Below are positions 57,384-64,000 of a stretch of DNA of 64,000 nt, one piece after another. Position numbers and translations under genes: made by a program. The first letter of the stretch is position 1. The number at the start of each line of letters is the position of its first letter. The stretch lies in NCBI GenBank assembly GCA_029990205.1, contig JAPEKQ010000004.1, positions 5,109 to 69,108 of the forward strand, given 5' to 3'. This DNA comes from a bacterium (lineage in GTDB: Bacteria; Joyebacterota; Joyebacteria; Joyebacterales; Joyebacteraceae). The notes under the pieces were generated by a model. It did not search any database. It saw nothing but the letters and a program-made list of their open reading frames with translations, and was not told where the DNA came from.

Positions 57384-58850
57384 TCACTCCCCCGCGCCGG
57401 GGTCGCCGGGGCGCGCCTCGCCCTCGGGAACGCCGGGAGCGTCTCCGGGCGTCTCGAGACCAGTGCCGGGGCCTTTCGACGACGCGACCTTCGAGATCGT
57501 GTACTCGTGCTTCCCGGACGCGGCGGGTGGGATCTCCTCTTCGATGGTGTAGACGACGCTGACCGGAGCGCCCAGAGCGCCGCGAATCCTCTCGGTCAGC
57601 GCGTCGCGCCGCGAGAGTATCCGCACGTCGGAACCGGATCTCGGAACGAGACGCACGCGGATCGTGTCCATGTCCTCCTGGACGATCTGGAACTTGACGA
57701 TCTCGCCCTCATTGAACTCGACGCCGATCATGTGCACCCAGAAGATCGGATCCACCACACCGCCGTCGGCGCGCCGGAAACACCCCACGTTCCTGCCGAT
57801 GATGCGCTCCAGAAGCGGATACGGAAGCCCGCAGGCGCAGCGGTCGGGCCCGCGAACAGCCCGGTCTCCGATGCGGAAGCGGACCATCGGCATCGTGTAG
57901 TTCCAGAGCCCCGTAACGAGAACCTCACCCTCCTCGCCGACCGCCGCCGGTCGGCCATCCCGGGTGATGAGTTCCAGATGGATATTCTCCGTGAAGACAT
58001 GGAGCCCGTTGTGCTCCGCGCACTCCGCGGCGACACCGCCGACCTCCCGGCCACCGTACCGGTCGAACACGCGAACGCCGAATACGCGCTCAACGCGCTC
58101 CCGCATGTGCGGGTGCAGCGTGCTCGCACTCGAGACCACGGACCGAAGCGGCGGCACGGTCTCACCCGTCTCCTCGACGAACCGCGCGAATGAGTCGAGC
58201 GCCGTCGCGTACCCCTCGAGCACGACGGGCCGCAGGCGACGCATGAACGCCGCATAGCCGCGCATCGTCTCTTCACCCATGTCGAACGCGTCAAGCGCGA
58301 CGCGCCCGTAGAGGAACCGGCTCAATCTGAGACCGAGCGACACACGGTCGCGCAGGTCGCGCCGCGCGCCCCAGAGCTTCACGTGCCGCTCCGCCCGCTC
58401 GATACCGGCCCACTCGAGGAAGATCTGCGTCGCCGCGAGTGAGGAGGCAAGCTGCTCCCTGTCCTTGTAGAACCTCGTCGGCTCACCGGTCGAACCGCCC
58501 GAGGCGTCGAGGAAGGTTCCGCGTCCCATCTCGACCTTGAGATCCTCGAGACGTTCGCGCAGATGCTCCTTCGTCAGCACCGGGAACCTCGCGATGCAGG
58601 CCTCAGGATCCGCCGCGACCTCGCGGGCGTCGAGCGGACCGACGGTCTCGCGGTAGAACGGGACGTTCGTGGACGCATGAACGAGCAGCGCGCCCAGCCG
58701 CTCAAGATGCCTGGCGCGAGCTGTCTCGTGATCGTCCCGCTGGCACGCGCGGAACTCCTCGAGACGGGGCACGAGCGGGATTCGCTTGATCCGCGTCCAG
58801 ACGAGCGGATCGACGATGCGGGTCGTGATGGCGCGTCTCAGATCGTTCAT
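57384..58850 (-). CDS. CapK-like adenylate-forming enzyme (phenylacetate-CoA ligase / F390-synthetase family).
   Basis: Start at the ATG at 58850 (MNDLRRAITTRI...), forming an ATGA overlap with the upstream stop. Motifs ASGGSTGEPT and YRIGD consistent with the ANL superfamily. Confidence 0.65.
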   Translation of the reverse strand: MNDLRRAITTRIVDPLVWTRIKRIPLVPRLEEFRACQRDDHETARARHLERLGALLVHASTNVPFYRETVGPLDAREVAADPEACIARFPVLTKEHLRERLEDLKVEMGRGTFLDASGGSTGEPTRFYKDREQLASSLAATQIFLEWAGIERAERHVKLWGARRDLRDRVSLGLRLSRFLYGRVALDAFDMGEETMRGYAAFMRRLRPVVLEGYATALDSFARFVEETGETVPPLRSVVSSASTLHPHMRERVERVFGVRVFDRYGGREVGGVAAECAEHNGLHVFTENIHLELITRDGRPAAVGEEGEVLVTGLWNYTMPMVRFRIGDRAVRGPDRCACGLPYPLLERIIGRNVGCFRRADGGVVDPIFWVHMIGVEFNEGEIVKFQIVQEDMDTIRVRLVPRSGSDVRILSRRDALTERIRGALGAPVSVVYTIEEEIPPAASGKHEYTISKVASSKGPGTGLETPGDAPGVPEGEARPGDPGAGE

Positions 58851-60082
58851 GAGCGCGCCCCTTCCGCTGCCGCGCGGTCGAGCCATGCGGCGCAGACCAC
58901 AAGCAGCATCGCCGGGGCCTTCATGTAATAGGAGACGACACCGATATCGAGGATGACGAAGGTCGGGACGAAAACCAGAACGAACCTCCTGATCGTCCGC
59001 GCGGTCCTTCCGACGAACATCGCGCGAAAGACGAGTGACGCGTGCAGACCGTAGTAGCAGATGAGACCGACAAACCCGAGTCCAACTCCGAGATCGATCA
59101 TGTTGTTGTGCGCGTACTTCCCCTGCCCCACGAGCCAGCGGAACGAACCGATCCCGTGCCCCACGATAGGCGAGCGACCGATGAGCGCAAGTCCCTCCTT
59201 CACGAAGGTCGCCCGCTCGACAACGCTCCTCGTTCCGCCCGACCGCGATGACAGCGAGACGAACACATCGGCCACGCGCGCGATCGTGAACTGCCAGAGA
59301 ACACGGAGCGGCTCGAAGGTCATCACGAGCGCGGCCCCTATCGCAGCGACGAGGACGATCTGAACGGCCACACGCTTCCGCGAACGGGACCCGATGAGGC
59401 CGAGCACCCAGATGATGGGCACACCGATGAGCCCCTTGCGGGATGATGCCGCCGCGACCCCGGCCAGAAGCACGAGTCCGGCGAGCTGTGTCGCGACACG
59501 CCCCCAGGCCCCGCGTCCCAGCGACAGGCCCGATGCGAAGACCGTCAGACCCATGAGCGCCGCGAGGCTGAGCACATTGGGATTGCCGTAGAACCCGGTG
59601 AGCCGTCCCCCGGCGGTCGCAACCCCCGTCACGAGCGCCGCGAGCACACCGACGGCCGTCCACCCAAACAGATTTCGGAGAACCCACCGTCCGAGGTCGA
59701 GCTCGCGCACGGCGTCATAGAAGAGGAAGCCGATCGCGTAGATCTGGAGCAGCGTGACGACGCGACCGACGCTGGTTCCGGTGCGCGTTGTCCAGAAGAG
59801 CGACGCCGCGGCCCACAGGAGAAACATCCATCGCCACCGGAGCATCGGCGACGTGAGGTAGTGGAGAAGCGGGATCATCAGCCGCTCGCCGCGGGCGAGA
59901 ACATAGAGCCCGGCGCTCAGCATCAAGAGCGGATAGAAGTACCGCAGGGTTCCCGACGTGTACCCGAACACGGCGATCGCCGCGGTCATCCCCGCGATCG
60001 AGAGACGGGCGACACCTGCCAGCGTCTCCTCTCGCGCGCTCGATGCGGGCGCTATCAGACTGTGGGCAGCGCTCTCGGTCAC
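58847..60082 (-). CDS. O-antigen ligase / Wzy-like polymerase family membrane protein.
   Basis: GTG start overlapping the upstream stop. About 10 TM helices with a large periplasmic loop. Motifs YAHNNMIDLGVGLGFVGL and ...GHGIGSF... Confidence 0.6.
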   Translation of the reverse strand: MTESAAHSLIAPASSAREETLAGVARLSIAGMTAAIAVFGYTSGTLRYFYPLLMLSAGLYVLARGERLMIPLLHYLTSPMLRWRWMFLLWAAASLFWTTRTGTSVGRVVTLLQIYAIGFLFYDAVRELDLGRWVLRNLFGWTAVGVLAALVTGVATAGGRLTGFYGNPNVLSLAALMGLTVFASGLSLGRGAWGRVATQLAGLVLLAGVAAASSRKGLIGVPIIWVLGLIGSRSRKRVAVQIVLVAAIGAALVMTFEPLRVLWQFTIARVADVFVSLSSRSGGTRSVVERATFVKEGLALIGRSPIVGHGIGSFRWLVGQGKYAHNNMIDLGVGLGFVGLICYYGLHASLVFRAMFVGRTARTIRRFVLVFVPTFVILDIGVVSYYMKAPAMLLVVCAAWLDRAAAEGARS

Positions 60083-61155
60083 GAATCCGGCCCCCTGGAG
60101 TCGCTCGTCGTTCCGCTCCGACGCGACGCGCGCATGAGTCCCAACCCGGTACGAAGCTTGCGGACGCTCGGACGCTCGACACCCGTCAACACCTTGGCGG
60201 CCCCGAGACGGAGGCCGCGGGTCGAGAGCGCCCACTCGTAGACGCGCTCGGCCGTCGACTCCGACAGCGACAGCTGCGCTCGCGACAGATACGAGCCGGG
60301 AAACACACCACGCCCCGGTCGGACCTCGAGGTGAAGCAACCGGTCGAACCGGCACTCGCACCATCCGGCGTAGCGGAGCGTCGCGCCGTCCCAATCGTAC
60401 AGAGCCGCCGCGCTCCGCGTGTTCGATGCGAGCGACCGGAAGTTGCCCTTCGGCATCACGCGAAAGAGGAAGTTCCCAAGACCGTAGAGCGCGGTCGATC
60501 CACCCTCGGTCACCGGCGTGTCCGAGAGCGGCTCGCCGGAGCCCATGACGTGGGAGTGCGACCCGACGACGTGAGACGCGCCACCGGCCACCAACCCACG
60601 CGCCCGCCGTCTCTGCTCCGCCGAGGCAAGTGATAGCTGTTCCTCGCCCCAGTGAGCGCAGACGAGCAGGGCGGAATCCGGGTGCGCGCGAACCGCGGGC
60701 GCCTCGTCGACCGTGTCCACCACGATAGGGTCGACCGCCCCGCCCGCCGTCCTCGGGTTCGTCTCCGTGAAGCAGAGTCCGAGCACCTCAAGTCCGGCCG
60801 CCAGCTCCGCGCCGGGTCTCCCCGTCCAGCCGAACACCCGGTCCTCGCCGAACACACTCTCGAGCTTCGCGACCGTCTCCCGCGCCGCGTCGGCCCCGTA
60901 GTCCATGATGTGGTTGTTCGCCACGGAGACGTAGTCAATCCCGACACGCTTCAGCTTCGCGAGAGCGCCGCCCGGGGCGGACAGGTGCACCTTCCCGGCG
61001 ACCGGAGTTCCCACGAAGGAACCATCGACCACCGATTCGAAGTTCCCGACGACGACATCCGCACCGAACGCGTCATGCAGATCGGGAATACGCGCGTCCC
61101 GCCACGTGTCCAGATCCGTCTCGAGACAGATATCACCGACCACAGCGATGCGCAC
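60079..61155 (-). CDS. CapA / PGA_cap family metallophosphatase-like capsule biosynthesis protein.
   Basis: Motifs RIAVVGDICL, ...YVSVANNHIMDYG..., ...CAHWGEE.... Start moved to the GTG at 61155 to avoid a 52-nt overlap. Confidence 0.65.
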   Translation of the reverse strand: MRIAVVGDICLETDLDTWRDARIPDLHDAFGADVVVGNFESVVDGSFVGTPVAGKVHLSAPGGALAKLKRVGIDYVSVANNHIMDYGADAARETVAKLESVFGEDRVFGWTGRPGAELAAGLEVLGLCFTETNPRTAGGAVDPIVVDTVDEAPAVRAHPDSALLVCAHWGEEQLSLASAEQRRRARGLVAGGASHVVGSHSHVMGSGEPLSDTPVTEGGSTALYGLGNFLFRVMPKGNFRSLASNTRSAAALYDWDGATLRYAGWCECRFDRLLHLEVRPGRGVFPGSYLSRAQLSLSESTAERVYEWALSTRGLRLGAAKVLTGVERPSVRKLRTGLGLMRASRRSGTTSDSRGPDS

Positions 61156-61177
61156 AGGTTCCCCCCGCGGTCCGCTC

Positions 61178-62497
61178 TCACGTCCGCCTGGCGACCAGCC
61201 GCTCGAGAACCGACCTCGCCAGGCCAACAATCGTCACGATGTCGTTGCGCCGCGGCATCCACGTCTGCACGAAGGAGAGACCGCTCGCCCGTCGGAATGA
61301 AAAGACCAGCACCAGGCTGCTCACGACGAATCCTATCGTCATCGCCCACGCGGCGCCGGAGAGTCCCATGATCGGGAGCAGGACCAGGATTCCCGCGATG
61401 TTCGCGACCATCCCCGCGCCCACCGCCCACGAGCAGACGGCCGGCCTGTCCGTACCGGTGAAGTAGGGCATCAGGACCTTCGACGTCGCACGGACGAAGA
61501 TCCCGGGGATCATGATCCAGATGAGCGTGATGGCTCTGGCGAACTCCGGCGAGAGCAGCACGAGCACGACCGGTCGACTCAGCAGACCGAGAATGAGAAG
61601 CAGAAGTCCGGAGACAATGCCCGACGCTCGAGCGGCCTGCGCGACGGTGGCCGGACGCCCTTTGGCGTCCGCGGCCACGCGTGAGAAGAGCGCCGTCTCG
61701 ATCGAAGTCGGCACCATCAGGATGCGCGAGACAAGACCGGAGGCGGCGGCGAAGATCCCGATCTCACCCGTCGGCGCGAAGAAGGCGAGGACCATGGTCC
61801 CGATCCTGAAGTTCACGGTGCTGCTCAGCCGGGCCACATAGAACCGGATCCCGTACGCGGCGAGCCGCCTCGTGTGCGCGAAGCTGAAGCGGACGCGCTC
61901 GAAGGCGCCTTCCTGCCGGAACGCGATGAACCCGAATACGATATTGACGATACCGGCGGCCACGATCGCAAGCAGAGCCCCGTTGACGCCGAGTCCGAGT
62001 CCCCAGATGAGGACGAGCGCCGCGAGCAGCTGCACGAGCGCGTTGACGATCGCTGTGATCGCCATCCACGTGATGCGACCGAGTCCTACGAGCAGAAGGA
62101 TGCAGCCCTGCCCCACAACGTGGAACGGGACGATGGCGAGGGCTACGTAGAAAGAGATGCGAGGCGCCTTCGTCAGGAACGCGAGGTCGAACTCCATCAG
62201 AATGCGTCCGAACGCGATCGCCACGAGCGACGCCGCGAGAAGGCTCCCGACCGTCGCCCAGATGCTCTCGCGCACGGGCATCCGCTTCGATGCGACGAAG
62301 TACTGCCCCGCCGTGTCCATCCCGAAAGCGAAGCACGTGCCGAGCAGGGTGGCGAAGAGAAGACAGACGGCATAGGCGCCGCGGCCATCGGGACCGAGCA
62401 GCCAGGCCAGCGTGCTCTGGATCCCCAGGCTCACCAGCAGAACGGCAACCCTGCTGCCGAACGCGACGGCTGTATCCCTGGCACCGGTGCTGGACAC
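61178..62497 (-). CDS. wzx: Wzx-type polysaccharide flippase (MOP/MATE superfamily).
   Basis: 439 aa, 12-14 TM helices, GTG start. Confidence 0.7.
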   Translation of the reverse strand: MSSTGARDTAVAFGSRVAVLLVSLGIQSTLAWLLGPDGRGAYAVCLLFATLLGTCFAFGMDTAGQYFVASKRMPVRESIWATVGSLLAASLVAIAFGRILMEFDLAFLTKAPRISFYVALAIVPFHVVGQGCILLLVGLGRITWMAITAIVNALVQLLAALVLIWGLGLGVNGALLAIVAAGIVNIVFGFIAFRQEGAFERVRFSFAHTRRLAAYGIRFYVARLSSTVNFRIGTMVLAFFAPTGEIGIFAAASGLVSRILMVPTSIETALFSRVAADAKGRPATVAQAARASGIVSGLLLLILGLLSRPVVLVLLSPEFARAITLIWIMIPGIFVRATSKVLMPYFTGTDRPAVCSWAVGAGMVANIAGILVLLPIMGLSGAAWAMTIGFVVSSLVLVFSFRRASGLSFVQTWMPRRNDIVTIVGLARSVLERLVARRT

Positions 62498-62520
62498 GGA
62501 TCACCTCGAGCTTGCGGGTA

Positions 62521-63387
62521 TCAGGTGCGCTCGGGCACACCGCCGGCGGGAGGATTCATGACTCCCCGGAGATAGAGCCCGGCCAGGACTCCCAGTTCGA
62601 CGAGGCCCGTGATGAGCCCCGCGAGGATCATGAACATCGTCCGCGGCGGCCAGGACCTCATGTCGGGCACGGACGGAGGGTCGATAACGCGGAACCCGTA
62701 CTGCGAACGCGCGCGGATCGACGTCAGCGACGAGATCGCCGCAGTCATCTCCTCGGCGAGAAAGACGCTCACATCGCTGACCGCCGTCTGTGTCATCTCG
62801 CGCCTGAGTTCTTCGACGCGCCGCTCGCCCTCGGCGATGGCAACGTCGCGCAGAAGCCGGTCGCCGATCTCGATGTAACCGTCGGCAACCTCCTTCGCGC
62901 GAGACGCGGACGGCCAATGAACACCGAGTGTCAGGAGCGTCGTGTACTCGTCGTAGGAGATGTCGACGCGCGGCGCCATGATGCGTCGAGCCTCCTGCAT
63001 CGTCGGCTCTCCACCGGCGCTCGCGATCCACTCCTCTTCGTCGGCATCCCATCGGTCCGGGAAGAGTTCGGGCTTGAGGTTCATCACCTCAATGACCTTC
63101 TCGGTGAGCTGCCGCGACTCGAGAAATCCAACCAGTGTGTAGTCGTCGCGCGACGCGCTGCCTGAGAGCAGCCTGCGCGCGGACGTCACACCCAGACCGG
63201 ACTGCCCGGGCTCGTCGACCTGCTCGAGCTGTGTGGGCACAAGGAGGCAGCTGCTCGTGTAGAGTCCCTGCATCGTCAGCACGCGGATGAGCACGATGAG
63301 AACGACAACGACCCAGATGAGCGCGAGCCGCACCCGCAGGCTCCAGGCCAACGCGAAGAACTCCTTGAGCATCGGGGTCCTCTCCAT
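62521..63387 (-). CDS. wzz: Wzz / polysaccharide co-polymerase chain-length determinant (no kinase domain).
   Basis: N-terminal TM (LALIWVVVVLIVLI), periplasmic coiled region and C-terminal TM (MFMILAGLITGLVELGVLAGLYL). Perfect AGGAGG Shine-Dalgarno sequence. Confidence 0.65.
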   Translation of the reverse strand: MERTPMLKEFFALAWSLRVRLALIWVVVVLIVLIRVLTMQGLYTSSCLLVPTQLEQVDEPGQSGLGVTSARRLLSGSASRDDYTLVGFLESRQLTEKVIEVMNLKPELFPDRWDADEEEWIASAGGEPTMQEARRIMAPRVDISYDEYTTLLTLGVHWPSASRAKEVADGYIEIGDRLLRDVAIAEGERRVEELRREMTQTAVSDVSVFLAEEMTAAISSLTSIRARSQYGFRVIDPPSVPDMRSWPPRTMFMILAGLITGLVELGVLAGLYLRGVMNPPAGGVPERT

Positions 63388-63395
63388 CAGTCCTC

Positions 63396-64000
63396 CTAGA
63401 AGAGTCCGACCGTGTAGGCGCTGGCAGCGGCGAGACCAAGCTGGTAGAGCACCTGGCTCACATCGAGCATGAACTGCATGGCCGTGAACCGCTCGAGCTT
63501 CTCGGGAACGATGATCACGTCACCGGGGGCGATGCGCGCGCCGCGAGACCGCTCGACCGAGCCGTCCGCCTTCACGACGTACACATTGCCGCGGTCGGCA
63601 AACCTGGTCGTCCCACCGGCGAGGCTGAGGTAGTAGCCCGCGCGCTTCCCACGCTCGTACTGGAACGCGGTCTGGTTGTTGACCTGCCCCATCACCATCA
63701 CGAAGTCCGGCCGCTTCGGCACGTGCAGCCGGTCGCCGTCCTCGAGCACGATATCGTACTGCGTCCCGATCAGGCGCTCGGCCGTGTCGAGACTGATGAC
63801 GAGGCGCCCCGTCGCCCGGGCGTTCCTCAGCTCCGTCAGAAGCTGCGCTCCGGCCTCGAGCGCGACCTGCTGTCGGGCCGCATCGGTGCTGCTGGCGCTG
63901 CGCGGGTTCGCCACGGAGAGCCGCGCGAGGTCGGCCTCGAGGTCGTCGGCCAGACGGTCAAGCTGCTCCGCCTGGAGCCCGCGGACCTGCTCCCTGGTGA
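63396..64000 (-). CDS. wza: C-terminal part of a Wza-like polysaccharide export protein (SLBB domain). The gene continues past the right edge of the window.
   Basis: The frame is open to the window edge. SLBB-like GDRLHVPKRPDFVMVMGQVNNQTAFQYERG and ...IAPGDVIIVPE. Confidence 0.6.
   Translation of the reverse strand, partial: TREQVRGLQAEQLDRLADDLEADLARLSVANPRSASSTDAARQQVALEAGAQLLTELRNARATGRLVISLDTAERLIGTQYDIVLEDGDRLHVPKRPDFVMVMGQVNNQTAFQYERGKRAGYYLSLAGGTTRFADRGNVYVVKADGSVERSRGARIAPGDVIIVPEKLERFTAMQFMLDVSQVLYQLGLAAASAYTVGLF

Noticed and set aside
1-64000. Searched by eye for CRISPR repeats, tRNA, rRNA, integrase/transposase, toxin-antitoxin pairs and obvious defence-system ATPases.
   Set aside because: No regularly spaced direct repeats and no cloverleaf-like or rRNA-like conserved segments. 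No recombinase or nuclease-like proteins among the translations.

Overview
High-GC window (about 68-70% GC by eye), 64 kb. 45 of the 46 genes I can support lie on the minus strand; nearly all long plus-strand ORFs in the track are antisense artefacts of GC-rich coding sequence. C-terminal T9SS-type sorting domains of the FlgD Ig-like kind appear on several proteins, and there is a PorV/PorQ/SprF-like FadL-fold outer-membrane barrel, so the source looks like a diderm of the FCB superphylum. GC content is high, and the promoters I can infer are canonical TTGACA-17-TATAAT rather than the Bacteroidetes motif, so this is probably a non-Bacteroidia lineage such as Gemmatimonadota or a candidate phylum. 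Gene content, left to right: (i) two tandem giant secreted paralogs. The second, at 537-6065, is 1842 aa with parallel beta-helix repeats and a T9SS tail. (ii) A GH5 mannanase-like hydrolase with a T9SS tail, then a probable operon around an orphan lipoprotein secretin (PilQ/GspD-like with STN and TPR regions), flanked by secreted hypothetical proteins. (iii) A preT/preA dihydropyrimidine-dehydrogenase pair, translationally chained to a lamin-tail-domain protein, an outer-membrane barrel, a secreted protein and a BatA-like VWA membrane protein. (iv) An alpha-glucan (starch/glycogen) utilisation locus. It has no SusC/SusD. Its genes: cytoplasmic amylo-alpha-1,6-glucosidase; secreted GH57 flanked by two CBM48 modules; secreted glucodextranase-DOMON-like protein; MalE/F/G-like ABC importer without an ATPase; lipoprotein with two CBM48 modules; outer-membrane beta-barrel carrying an N-terminal CBM48; a second outer-membrane barrel. 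(v) A PorV/SprF-like barrel next to a 1776-aa T9SS cargo protein. (vi) cobB sirtuin, a membrane polyferredoxin and ppdK. (vii) A Wzx/Wzy-type polysaccharide cluster: WecA-like initiating transferase, DegT aminotransferase, a fused double GT4 (the only plus-strand gene), GT4, CapK-like ligase, Wzy/O-antigen-ligase-like protein, CapA-like protein, Wzx, Wzz and a Wza fragment. The most unusual non-coding finding is a duplicated intergenic module of about 300 bp at 6290-6610 and 15270-15600. Each copy holds a perfect sigma70 consensus promoter (TTGACA, 17 bp, TATAAT) followed by a conserved, hairpin-rich, G-tract-rich 5' leader of about 175 nt. Two base pairs in one leader hairpin covary between the copies. 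Each copy sits in front of a secreted-protein gene. No rRNA, tRNA, CRISPR array, transposase or integrase was found.
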